This document shows, in pieces, positions 37,812 to 50,509 of a stretch of DNA of 64,000 nucleotides. Both the position numbers and the translations under genes were made by a program. The stretch's first letter is position 1, and each line of letters begins with the position of its first letter. The stretch is taken from NCBI GenBank assembly GCA_977017645.1, contig OZ360225.1, positions 138,260,001 through 138,324,000 of the forward strand. The letters run 5' to 3'. Source of the DNA: Torpedo marmorata (Eukaryota). The notes under the pieces were generated by a model. It was not told the origin of the DNA. It saw only the letters and a list, made by a program, of their open reading frames with translations, and ran no database searches.

Positions 37812-38040
37812 TTTTTTACAACGCGGTAGAATCTGATTCCGGCCCATTGAAACCCGTGCCGCCCAATTACATCCACTTAATCTACACCCCGTAATCTACA
37901 ACTCCGTCCGTTTTTGGAGGGTGGGAGGAACCCGGAGCACGCAGGGAAAACCCACGCATGTCACGGGTGGAACGTCCTTACAGATGGCGCGGAATTCAAA
38001 CTCAGGTGGCTGGCGCTGTAATGGCGCGACGCTAACCGTT
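37812..38040 (-). mobile_element. tRNA-derived V-SINE
   Basis: Reverse complement contains the V-domain tgcgtgggttttccctgcgtgctccgggttcctcccac. Confidence 0.7.
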
Positions 38041-38609
38041 CTTTGAACCAGCTCTTTGATTAGTCCCATTTCTCTGTAGGCCTGGAACTCTTCTGGTCAA
38101 GTACCTGTCCGCGGTGTGAGCTGTGTTTCCCTGAGGTTCCTGACTGTCCTTGTTCATTAAAGTAGGTCAGTGCAGTATTCTGAGCGCCAATAACCGGCCT
38201 GTCATACCTTACAACAGTGCTAGGATTCGGGGTGTTGGACCTGCGGCAGACAGCGAGACTTTAAAACAATGCACAAAATGGTGCTGTTCTTTGTACCGAT
38301 TAGACGAACTACAGGTATATGAGAGAGGGAAACAATTGTAAAGTATTGAAAACCCGTCGGATTATTTTCTGGAAACCGCTCCAACAATCTTTAAAATGAC
38401 CATTCACTCGGAAATCCTACGAGTGTCGCCTCTGGTCCATTAGAGCAAAACTCTGTTTACAATGCTCGCTGCAGAAAAAGTGATATGCCGCACCTTTCAT
38501 ACCCTCAGCTTGTCCCAGCGTGGTTCACAGCCAATGAAATCCTTCCAAGGTACAGGCATTTTTGCCATGTTGGGAACAGTTAATGCACAGTAAGCTCACA
38601 CGAGCAATA

Positions 38610-39395
38610 GTTCAAGTTCAAGTTCTTTTTCTGGCAAAATACCGAGAAGGGTTCTCCTGCGGATAGGCTGATAAGTTATCTCTAACATTCATACAGCCGC
38701 GTAAGAGCATAATTTACAGCGTATGGAGTTACCATGAAAAGAAAGACCAATTAACACCAAGCAAAGGTAGCACTATTGTGGGTTTATTCAAGAGCCTGGT
38801 AGCTGCAGGGGAAAACCCGTCTTTAAAGCCTGTTGCTGCGTGCTTTCACACTCTGAAGCCTTCTCCCTGATGGGAGGGGTGAATAAGAGAGTGTGTCCCA
38901 GGTATGACGGGTCTTCAGTATGTTGGTTGCCCTTCTTCGGCAGCGGGAGATGTACATGGAGTCCATGGAGCGGATGGAAGTTTGCGTTGTGTTCTGAGTG
39001 CATTCACTACTTTCTTCCGATCTTGATCAGAGCAACTCCATACCACACTGCAATGCATCCAGTAAGTATGTTTTAAATGGCGCACCTGTAGAAGTTGTAG
39101 AGGGACAAGGGGCGTCATGTCGAACTTCCTCAGTCTTCAAAGAAATTAGAGGCGTTGGAGCGTTTTCCTGATTGTCGCGTCAACGTGTTTGTTCCAGGTC
39201 AGGTCATTGGAGATAATTATTCTTAAGAAGGAAGCCATCTAACTCTTTCGACCTCAAAGCTATTAATGGGTGTGGACTCGGCCCCCTCTGCTGAACTCGA
39301 CGATCTTTCGTCTTCCTGACGTTGAGGGAGGGGTTGTTATCGTGACACCATGTCACTAGATTTTCTATCTCCTTCCTGTATTCCCTCTCGTCGTT
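38610..39395 (-). mobile_element. Old Rex-type LINE 3' fragment
   Basis: (ttcaag)n tail at 38611; EDPSYLGHTLLF remnant. Confidence 0.65.
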
Positions 39396-39871
39396 ATTTG
39401 ATTATAGTATGTAATAGTTATCGTGATATTAACTGGACCGTCGGTTTTAATGACGTGTAGTTGAAGGAGATTTTTGGCTCAGGATATTGGGGAGAATTGT
39501 CTTGGGAGTGGACAAAGTCTTTGTTTAATATTTCACCCAAAGGAGAGGCCACAACAGAGAACATATAACATATAAATCTACAGCACAGTACAGTGCCAAC
39601 CAACAGTACAGCACTCTTCCGGTTCTACCTCTGCCAATCACACGACAACGTGTCAGCCAGCCTGGCTTTTTGAGCTCACATACCAGGAGAGGGATTTGCA
39701 CCTGACTCAAATCTCAAGTATAACCTTTGCCTATCTATCCCAGTCTTTCAAATTTCAATTGTCCCCACCCCAAGTGTTCACGGTCTTTTGGGGAGGGAGT
39801 TACAGAACTTCATTGTTGAGCTCACCCTTGAACTTGCGTGTCCTTGTTTGAGCTTTCAACAAGCCAAGTTA

Positions 39872-40228
39872 AACAAGAAAATTTGCAGATGCCGGGGTCG
39901 AGTGCAATACCCAACTGTGCTGGAGAAACTCAGTAGATCCCGCAACGTCCGTAGGAAGTGAAGGGTAACCAACGTTTCGGGCCGAGCCCTTCGTCAGTAA
40001 TTCTCTTTTACCCTCGCCCCTATTACCCCTGACCTATTAGCCTGTGCTTCCCCCTTTCCCCTCCCTCCCTCCTTTCCTCTCCTCTTCTCCCTCCCCAACA
40101 TTTTATTCTGGCGTCTATCCGTTTTTCCACATTCCCGACGAAGGGCCCAGGACCGAAACGGTGGTTATTCTTTACTTCCGATGGATGCTGCGTGATCTCT
40201 GAGTTTCTCCAGCACGTTTGGTTTTTGC
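39872..40228. mobile_element. Inverted pair of Penelope terminal repeats with hammerhead-like motifs
   Basis: Minus copy 39872-39997 and plus copy 39998-40228 share gctgagtttctccagcac-like and gacgaagggc..ccgaaacg sequence. Confidence 0.8.
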
Positions 40229-42289
40229 CCGGGCCAGTCCAGACGTCAGTTACATTGCTGGTCTGAAATTGCAAATAACGCAGAGAGTGAGGGACTAGTC
40301 CTTCTGCGAAGGACATATGTCAAGCACATGTGCTGCTCACCAGTCCTATTTTCTGTGCTGTTATAATTTCGTAAAATTCAACCTCATCACTATTCAATGC
40401 TGTGAACTCAAAACAACGAAAAATAAATACCGGTTTTGCAAACTCTCCTTGCAAGTTAACGTTTTAACGCCTGTGATCGTTCTGCCGCATCAGACCAACA
40501 TGACGGAGGCAGTGGAGAAGTTGGGCAGATTCAGGTGGGCTCATGGGGTTGTGTGGGAGTGCTCACCAAGGTCACTAAGCCAGCCACCTAACCGTGCAGA
40601 GACCGTATGGCGTGCAGGGGCACTGGAGCACCACCGCCGGTAGTACCCCCACCCTACCCACGTGGCGAACCCTCGTGATATGGAAATGATCGCCGATCGT
40701 TCACCACAAGGACGGCAGCGGCGGTCGGAGGCCGCAGCCAGTTTAGGTAGACAACTTGGTCGGCCTGAACGAGTTGGACCGAAGGGCCTGTATCCGTGCT
40801 GGCCCATGAGGGGCGGGCAAAAAAAACTGGGCCAGATGGGGTTTGAAGTACCTCGATGTTACATCAACACTGCATTTAACTGGGGGTCAGGTCCCCAGCT
40901 CACAAAAAGCAGGGCTAACCGAGCTCGGAGCAGACAATGCGGGGTCTTTAAAGAGAAAAAAAAGGAAGCAGCTAACCCAATCTGAGTTCTCGATTCGCCA
41001 TAATTCGATAAAGTCTGGCTTTGAAAGGTGAGCGGGCGTCGCGATGATAATGCAGCCATTTCATTAGCAGGACCCGAATTAAATCAAGGTCTTGTCCGCT
41101 GATTTATTGAGACACGGGGAAAGGCATTAGCGCACAAACTGCACTCAGGGTATCACTCATCCTCTCTTAAATATGTTTTCACTGACTACCACTCAGTAGT
41201 TTGGAGAGATTGCACCAACCGCGCCCGCATCGTTCCAATTACAGTCATAAGGAGCAGCCACCGTGCACACATGCAAAGCAGAGAGACGCGTTGAAAGTTC
41301 TACATTATTAATTTACATCGAAATTAACCTCCCCAGCCGCCAAATAATCTAAGGACAAGTTAATACAAGGGTTGAAATACACGGCTTGGAATGATTAGCG
41401 CAGAACCGCGAGCAGAGGCTGATTTGTGGATTAAGATGACGGAATTGGTTTAAAATAAACATTAAAGCGGAGACAAAGAGCGGCCTGGCGGCGCCCACTC
41501 CTCTGTGACTCAACCTCACAGCTCTCCACTTGATTCCAAGGGCTGAAGCCCTCTTGGCCGTCACCGGTACTATCCAATAAATCTCGCCGTGTTACAAAGT
41601 CTGGCACCCGATGAGTGTCCGGGGAAAATCCCGTGACGGCAGATGAGCGGCAAGGCCTTAATGAAGAGGTCGACTCGGCAGGTCAGGCAGCATCCAAGGA
41701 GAGAAATGGGCACTCAACATTTCGGGTCGGGGGCCTCATCTTCTTTCCAGCATCTGCAATTTCGTATGTTTGTCCAAATTCTGTAATTTACTGGGTAGAA
41801 CCCGTTTCTTCACTCGGTTACAGATGACGCTCACCGGCCAACCGGGTTAAACCTGACTGGTAGAAGAACCACTGTTGCAGCCGAGTGAAGCTGAACTCTC
41901 CATAGCCATCCCCAGCATCCCATTGCTTCTGATCTGCCCACGGATTTCCGGGGTCGGAAATCTGCACCTGAATTCCCCAGTCCCAGCTCTAGAGTGGGGA
42001 CGGGGAAATGCAGATGTTGGGGTGGCTCCAGGGCAAATTATTCCCCTTAGACCTGAATCAATAACCCTATTTGTCTCTTCACATATGTTGACTGACCAGC
42101 TAAATGTTTCTAGCATTTATACTCCTTCAATGTTTGTCTTTTAACAACCACCACTCAACAAATAGCCCCAAAACAGTTCACCCAGCCAACACTATACCCA
42201 GTCCAAAATACTGCCCAGACGAATACCAAGACCAGCCCAACAACACCTGACGAAGACCATACTCAGCTCAACACTATGCTCAGTCCAAC

Positions 42290-45160
42290 AACACACCCTG
42301 CCCTACTCTACACCCAGCGCTAATCCACACCCAGCCCTACTCTACACCCAGCACTACTCTACACCAGCCCTACTTTAAACCCAGCTATACTCAACACCCA
42401 GCCCCACTCCACACCCAGCGCAACTCTACACCTGTCCTACTCTACACCCAGCCCAACTGCACAACACGCAGCCCAACTCTACACCCAGCCCAACCACACT
42501 TCACCTAACCCAACCACACAACACCCAGCACTACTCTACACCCAGCCCTACTCTACACCCAGCCCAACTCTACACCCTGCCCTACTCAACACCCTGCCCT
42601 ACTCAACACCTAGCCCTACTCTACGCCCAGCACTACTCTACACCCAGCGCTACTCTACACCCAGCCCAACTCTACACCCTGCACTAGTCTACACCCAGCC
42701 CTTCTCTACATCCAGCCCCACTCTACACCCTGCCCTACTCTACACCCAGCACTACTCTACACCCAGCGCTACTCTACACCCAGCCCCACTCGACACCCTG
42801 CCCTACTCAACACCCTGCCCTACTCTACACCCACTGCTACTCGACACCCTGCCCTCCTCTACATCCACCACTACTCTACACCCAGCCCTACTCTACATCC
42901 AGCCCTACTCGACACCTTGCCATACTCTACACCCAGCACAACTCCACACCAGCCCTACTCTACACCCTGCCCTAGTCGACACCCTACCCTAGTCTACACC
43001 CAGCGCTACTCTACACCAGCCCTACTCTACACCCAGCCCTACTCTACACCCAGCACTACTCTACACCAGCCCTACTTTAAACCCAGCTATACTCAACACC
43101 CAGCCCCACTCCACACCCAGCACAACTCTACACCTGTCTACACCCAGCCCAACTGCACAACACGCAGCCCAACTCTACACCCAGCCCAACCACACTTCAC
43201 CTAACCCAACCACACAACACCCAGCACTACTCTACACCCAGCCCTACTCTACACCCAGCCCAACTCTACACCCTGCCCAACTCAACACCCTGCCCTACTC
43301 AACACCCAGCCCCACTCTACACCCAGCCCCACTCTACGCCCAGCCCAACTCTACACTCGCCCGACTCTACACCCAGCCCCACTCTACATCTTGTCTTACT
43401 CTATACTCAGCCATACACTACACCCAGCCCTACTCGACATCCAGCCCTCCACTACACCCAGCCCTACTCTACTTGCAGCCCCATTCTACACTCGCCCTAC
43501 TCTACACCCAGCCCCATTCTACACCTTGCCTTACTCTACACCCAGGCATACGCTACACCCAGCCATAAACTACACCCAGCCCCACGCTACACCTAGCCCT
43601 ACTCTACACGAAGCCCCTCTCTACACCCGGCCCCACTCTACACCCAGCCCTACTCTACACCCAGCCCCACTCTACATCCAGCCCTACTCAACACCCTGCC
43701 CTACTCAACACCCAGCCTCACTCTACACCCAGCCCCACTCTACGCCCAGCCCAACTCTACACTCGCCCGACTCTACACCCAGTCCCACTCTACATCTTGC
43801 CTTACTCTATACCCAGCCATACACTACACCCTGCCCTACTCTACACCCAGCCCTACTCTACACCCAGCCCTACTCTACACCCTGCCCTACTCTACACCCA
43901 GCCCTACTCGACATCCAGCCCTCCACTACACCCAGCCCTACTCTACTTTCAGTCCCACTCTACACTCGCCCTACTCTACACCCAGCCCCATTCTACACCT
44001 TGCCTTACTCTACACCCAGGCATACGCTACACCCAGCCATAAACTACACCCAGCCCCACGCTACACCCAGCCCTACTCTACACGCAGCCCCACTCTACAC
44101 CCAGCCCCACTCTACATCCAGCCCCACTCTACACCCAGCCCCACTCTACACCCAGCCCCACTCTACACCCAGCCCTACTCTACATCCAGCCCTACTCTGC
44201 ACCCAGCCCTACTCTACACCCAGCCCCACTCTACACCCAGCCCTACTCTACACCCAGCCCTACTCTACACCCAGCCCTACTCTACACCCAGCCCCACTCT
44301 ACACCCAGCCCTACTCTACACCCAGCCCCACTCTACACCCAGCCCTACTCTACACCCAGCCCCACTCTACACCCAGCCCTACTCTACACCCAGCCCTACT
44401 CTACACCCAGCCCTACTCTACACCCAGCCCTACTCTACACCCAGCCCTACTCTACACCCAGCCCTACTCTACACCCAGCCCCACTCTACACCCAGCCCTA
44501 CTCTACACCCAGCCCCACTCTACACCCAGCCCCTCTCTACACCCAGCCCTACTCTACACCCAGCCCCACTCTACACCCAGCCCCACTCTACACCCAGCCC
44601 CACTCTACATCCAGCCCTACTCTACACCCAGCCCTACTCTACACCCAGCCCTACTCTACACCCAGCCCCACTCTACATCCAGCCCTACTCTACACCCAGC
44701 CCTACTCTAAACCCAGCCCTACTCTACACCCAGCCCTACTCTACACCCAGTCCTACTCTACACCCAGCCCCACTCTACACCCAGCCCCACTCTACACCCA
44801 GCCCTACTCTACATCCAGCCCTACTCTACACCCAGCCCCACTCTACATCCAGCCCTACTCTACACCCAGCCCCACTCTACATCCAGCCCTACTCTACACC
44901 CAGCCCCACTCTACATCCAGCCCTACTCTACACCCTGCCCTATTCTACACCCAGCCCTACTCTACACCCAGCCCTACTCTACACCCAGCCCTACTCTACA
45001 CCCAGCCCTACTCTACATCCAGCCCCACTCTACATCCAGCCCCACTCTACATCCAGCCCCACTCTACATCCAGCCCTACTCTACACCCAGCCCTACTCTA
45101 CATCCAGCCCTACTCTACACCCTGCCCTACTCTACACCCAGCCCTACTCTACACCCAGCC
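42290..45160. repeat. 17-bp minisatellite, ~2.9 kb
   Basis: Unit ccagccctactctacac; degenerate at left, homogeneous at right. Confidence 0.95.
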
Positions 45161-48100
45161 CAACCACACTTCACCCAACCCAACTCACTGCCCCCACTGT
45201 CCAATTAACACTATCCTTAATCAACAATCATCCAACAACAACTTCCCTCCCACCGAGCTGACAACACAGCACACCCATTCCAAACAATGGAGCACAGAGA
45301 GAGTCAATATACGAGCACTGCAGTGGCCTATAAGGTGAGTGAGAAAATGTCAACTCGGACACATTTCGATAATGCTATTTATTTACACGGAGCTTACCAG
45401 CGTTGTCCCCCTCTCCCCTTTCATTGTCAACAGGTATTTTCTTTTTGTACCAATGCTCATGTGGAGCTCCTCTGGCTCTTTCATCGGAGACCGGGAATTT
45501 CAGCCAGCGGCTTGAAGCTAACCGGGAAATGTATCCTTGTTTCCGCCTCACTCTCTGTCCACAGGCGTAGAGACGGAAAGAGACCAGCTCTGGTGAACAA
45601 GACATATGCAGATGTTAGGGTCCAGTAGATACAAGCCGACATTTCTGGGGTCATGGAAAAACCCTGGAATTTGCGGAGTGTTTCCAACATTTTCTGTGTT
45701 TCATTTATTAACGTAATTTATTCAATGTAAGTTAAAATTACCGATTGCGGTAGTTTTCGTTAAATTCCGTTTCCTTCCGCGCCGGAAGCGGCGAGTTAAG
45801 GTTCAGTGGGCCGCGAGTGATGTTAAACGAACGCAGAACAGTTATTAGCATTTCTTTACTTTATCAAATAAGTTTATAAGAAGACGGATCGATTGCGGTG
45901 TCTGTGTCAGGCTGACGGCCGCTCTGTCAGGGGACGAGAAGGCCTCGATGTGCGAATAACTCTCAGCCCGGAGTTACACTCACTGCCAAAGCTTTTAGCA
46001 CATTATCCGATGGCAATTGGAAGATAATCTAATTGTCAAGTGAGCTGATTAAACCTCCTCCACTATATTTACATTTCCAGGGTGCGGGGCGTCTAATGGA
46101 ATTAAAAAAAGCGCTGATTCCAGCTCCATTCAGCGCAAGCTGCATAGGCTTCCACTTCAGATGACATTGAGCATATTCTCCGCTCCTTCCCACTGCATCC
46201 TCTGTATTAGAAGCTGTTCCGATAAACAAAAATAAACGAATGCCCCGCGCCAAAAAGAAAACCCAAAAGCCGTCGCCGGCTTAGACCCGCCGCCCCTCTC
46301 TCCCACCGTCGACCCTGCGGTTCACGTAAATACCTCCTGCATTCGGGAAGAAATCTTTCGTTCGGTGAGTCCAGTGTTGACAAAAAAAAGGCTCAAGCAA
46401 TATGCTAATAATTTGACAATACTCCTTAAAATAAAACAGATATTCGCCGATTTATAGTGGACGGAGTCTTGTGTATATTCCACCGGCTCTCTCTGTTGGT
46501 GTCGACCCGATCTGTCGTTCCTATTTTACACCCAATATCCGCATTAATCCGTGTCATTACTTTTTTCTCTCTCATCTTTAAATTAGATTGTCCCTAACGC
46601 CTGGCGATGCTCTGCTTCACATCTCTCCTTGAAAAGATATAATACGCGGCGTGTGCATCTGTAAACAGCCGTGTTCACATTTATGTTGCATTTAAAATTG
46701 CCCATTCTTGTAAAGCTTTTAATTCCGATGTACTTCTTTTATTTACACTTTTCCACCGCAGACGCAAATAACTCCGATTGTTTCCCCCCTATATTAAAAC
46801 ACGCACTTTATTGGTGAGCCTGGTCTTGTTGCTGTCAACATAAAAATGTGTTTGTTTTAAGGCAAAGCCGAATCGGTTTTTTTAAATTAATGGACCGAAC
46901 GTTCATAGAGTACGGCCAAACATCCAACTCAAACCATTGAGCGAATCGACCCTTCATCAATGTTATACAAAGGGACATAAACATTCTTCGCAATCTGATC
47001 CGACTATGTAATCACGTGAATGTTGACAGTCACCGAGATATTTCACGCCATGAGGGCAAGTGTGACGAGAGAAATATTGCTCAACTGTAAAGACGTTATG
47101 GGGCCAGGTCAAAGTAGAAATAAAATCCAGTGTACAGATGGCGAAAGGAGCTTGTTTATATTCCCGTGTGATCACTCAAATACAAAGGCCGGCTAATACA
47201 AATATAACCGCTGACTCTAAAAAAAATTCAGGCAAAATGAGGCTGGAGACCGCAATATTCGAAGAAAATTTGAACGAGAATCTTCAAAAATCACCCCGGG
47301 TGAATGTCAGCGACTGGAATAAGCGGCGGACGCTGGGAAATGCCGCGTTCTAAAGTCAAAACTCCCGTGAAATGCAGTGATTATCGAAGGAGTTGCCACG
47401 TTCTCCCAGTTATACCTGGAAGAATTGTTTGTTCGTTTTAATTAATTAGCTCGTTGTAATGTTCCACATCAGGTATAAGTGGAATAGGCCAGGGTCTGAG
47501 CTATTATCACTGACAACGGCGTCCCATGAAGCCGATGTTCGGCCTCCCTGTTGTGTTCGGGCTGCGGTTTGAAGGTTGTCCTTGAAACAAAATTAAAACG
47601 AAACTGTTGGATCAGGATGCGCGCGGACAAGCAACGATAAGACCCCGCTTTCCACGAAACTGAGAGAGTTGCAGACACCTGAAACTCGCACCGAATGCAG
47701 AATCGGGAGTGAACCCGTTCAACAAATCAGTTGGTTAATTATTTTGTTTGTGTTAAGTGTATGAGGGGGTGAATCTGCAAAAAGAAGTGTGCGAGAACTG
47801 GGACTTGTTACTAATTAATTTTCCAGGACTGTCTGTAGACTCACGTCGGTCTAGACAACGCTCATTTCCTTATCTAAGGAACAGCGATTGTGGTGAGAAA
47901 GAAAAAAGGAAGAATTTTTTCAACAGAGATCTGCGTCAATTAAGTTCAATTCAGTTGAGCGCTGTTCGGGCCAGCGGTTTGGAAATGTTCAATAAACCTC
48001 CAATTTTAGGGAGCGATTGTGGAGGGGTTTCAGGGAAATAATTCCCGTCTCTCCTAGAGTCGAAACGAATTCTAATTTTAACGTGATCTGTCTGAGGGAA

Positions 48101-48339
48101 ATGTCTGTAAACAAGGCAGCAGGAATGTGAAACACGCAGGGTGCTGGAGATTTCGGACAGATTCTCGGCACCGCGAAACTGATGCTCATTCCTGACGACC
48201 TCCCAAACATTAAATTCAGAACACCTACACCTTGCAGCGTGTAATCTCCACGCTGTTTTTAGATTTGGATCTGGCCGAGATTTGCGCAGTTTGTCTGCAG
48301 GAAGCTGATCGCCAACACTGCTGTTACCCACAGAGGGTT

Positions 48340-48803
48340 AATCCCTGGGAGCAGCAGCCCTGCCGGCGTAACTGGCCCCAACCGCGCCTGCGCATGACCG
48401 GCACTCCCTTGTCCGCAGAGCAAAGCGCATGCGCACCACTCTGAGGTCGGCCGGCGTTGTACAGGCGCAGTAAGTCTGATCCACCTTATCTGGTGGGAAG
48501 CAAGAGGGAGTGACGTCAAAGGTCGCTGATTGGCTCCCCCTGAGTCTGGGGTACGAGGTGCGGGAGGCAACAAATTAATTGACAGAGCGGGAGGCGATTT
48601 ACAGCCAGTCGGGAGGCGCAGGGAAAAGGCAGCGGACAACTGGTCCCGAGGTTAGTACAGCCCCTCCTGGGTCACCCCAGGACCCCAGCCCAGAGAGCGC
48701 CAGACCCTAGGATATCCAAGCCCCGTGCCCCTGGATCCCAGGACCCCGGAGTTCAACCTCCTCGCCTTGGACGTAGCCGGCAGCAGCGGCGCCAGGTCCC
48801 AAC
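48340..48803 (+). promoter_or_regulatory. TBX20 CpG-island proximal promoter / 5' UTR
   Basis: NRF1-type GCGCCTGCGCA (48384) and GCGCATGCGCA (48425), GATA CTTATCT (48485), full CRE TGACGTCA (48511), inverted CCAAT (48529). No obvious TATA, and no upstream ATG between 48600 and 48803. TSS not determinable. Confidence 0.7.
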
Positions 48804-48927
48804 ATGGAATACAGCAATACGAAGCCGCAGCTCTCATCCCGGGCTAATGCCTTCTCCATTGCAGCGCTGATATCATCGGGAAACTCCAAGGACAAGGAGC
48901 TGCAGGAGAACACAATCAAACCCCTCG
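48804..48927 (+). CDS. TBX20: T-box transcription factor TBX20, coding exon 1
   Basis: Strong Kozak (aacATGG). Translates MEYSNTKPQLSSRANAFSIAALISSG...ENTIKPL, the TBX20 N-terminus with eh1-like FSIAAL. Donor G|gtaagt at 48928; 124 nt, phase 1. Confidence 0.97.
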
Positions 48928-49321
48928 GTAAGTCAGGCCCTGCCCTGCTTGAGCCTCGCCGCTCACCTGCCAGAATGGTGCTGGAGCTGGTGAAAGAGTT
49001 GAGTCGTTGCGTGGTGGTGAGATGCGGGGGAAGGGGTGCTCCAGAACCGGACAGTCGCCATGCGATACCTGGCAAACTTAACTTTATTGAAAGGATTGCG
49101 ATGACCCGTGGTTTCTATGAAATGTTCCTGTGAGGCGTTTTGCTCAAAGCGGGTGGGGAGTCATGGCAGCGCGCGTCACGTTGGAGGGTCGCTCTCGGGT
49201 CTGGCCAATTGGAGAATGGTGCGGCGGTGGGTCTATGGAGCGGGGAGACCCGCGCTCAGCGCCTGATCCTATGCACTCACCTTAACAATTGCTTTCACGC
49301 GCCTTTTCTCCCACTGCACAG

Positions 49322-49553
49322 AACAATTTGTGGAGAAGTCTTCTTGTTCTCAACCCCTGGGTGATCTGGGCGGCCTGGAACTGGGAGATTACAGTAGCGG
49401 CGGCTCTCCGGCGTGCACCGAACCCCTCATCCCCACCACCCCCAGCGTCCCCAGCGCCGAAATGGCCAAGATCAGCTGCAACTTGGAAACCAAAGAACTG
49501 TGGGACAAGTTCCATGAGCTGGGCACGGAGATGATCATCACTAAATCCGGCAG
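49322..49553 (+). CDS. TBX20: TBX20 coding exon 2 (start of T-box)
   Basis: Acceptor gcacag|. (E)[13 protein letters not shown]...[10 protein letters not shown]...[24 protein letters not shown]. Donor AG|gtaggc; 232 nt, frame joins exons 1 and 3. Confidence 0.97.
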
Positions 49554-50509
49554 GTAGGCGATGGGGTTTCTTCCGCAGTCGGTTCACCAGCCCTTTAAAC
49601 TGGCGCTCTGTTGAAGTTTGAGGGAACGTTTCGTTCAAAACAAGGTCAAATCGCGGGACTGATTTATTTTAAACATGGGTTTGACTTCAGGGAACATTTT
49701 AAAAATGAGTGGTGAACCTTGATATTTCGTTTAATTCCGCTGCCGCGCTTGTTATTTCGTGGCGCTATGCTGAGCACCGAGAAAACCCCAAAACTAAATT
49801 GCTCCGAGCACAGGACGGCGATAAGCGAGGGACGGGTTTGTTTTGCAGATAGGTTAGTGAGGGGCGGCTGTGTCTGTGAGCAATGAAGCGCTCAATCTCA
49901 TTGTGATCCCGGTCACAACGAAAGCAGTTTGATTCGCACAGTAATCGGGAGAAGGAACAGAAAGTTTAAATCAGGAATTGTGTGGTAACAAATTCCAATT
50001 ATTTTTACGGCGACTATCGCAACTAATCTTTTCAAAATCATTGTGTTAAATGAACTAACAAAAGTAGTGTTGTAATAATTACATGTAATAATTTTGAAAA
50101 TTACAATATTTCGTATCAAGGCCAGCCAATTCTGTTAATGGGATCATTGTTATATGGTTGCCATAATGTCCGATCCGCTGCATCTCGCCCGACTCTCTGA
50201 GGAAGTGTGTTTCCGGGGCTCGGATCGGCTGCGATACCCGGAGGGGCAGGTGTTAGAGGCAGGAGTCGCTTCAAGGGGAAACACAACACGGGCAGATTAG
50301 AGCATGGAGAGAGAAGGGTTTACGTGGTTGTGGTGAAAGCGGAGCGAGATCATTCGTGGCTCCGCATCCTATCCGCTGGAAACCAAACCCGCAATCAGTG
50401 AGGATGCAGACGGCGCTTGCAGTGGGCAGAATGTTGACCTCCAGTCCCCGAAAGGGGATGGACGGGGGAGGGGTGGTGAGAGGGTCTATGGGGGGCGGGG
50501 AACGGGGGT

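Noticed and set aside
38480-38610. Deu-domain/SacSINE1-like remnants (also about 4020-4160, 11180-11300, 14370-14430) as exapted enhancers
   Set aside because: The resemblance rests on my recollection of the consensus, and the copies are too degraded to support without alignment.
43391-44710. 439-aa Pro/Thr/Tyr-rich ORF (extensin/mucin-like)
   Set aside because: Translation of the 17-bp minisatellite; non-ATG start and no gene structure.
48928-49133. ORF-track extension of TBX20 exon 1 to 109 aa
   Set aside because: Similarity stops at the consensus donor Ggtaagt; the rest is intron 1.
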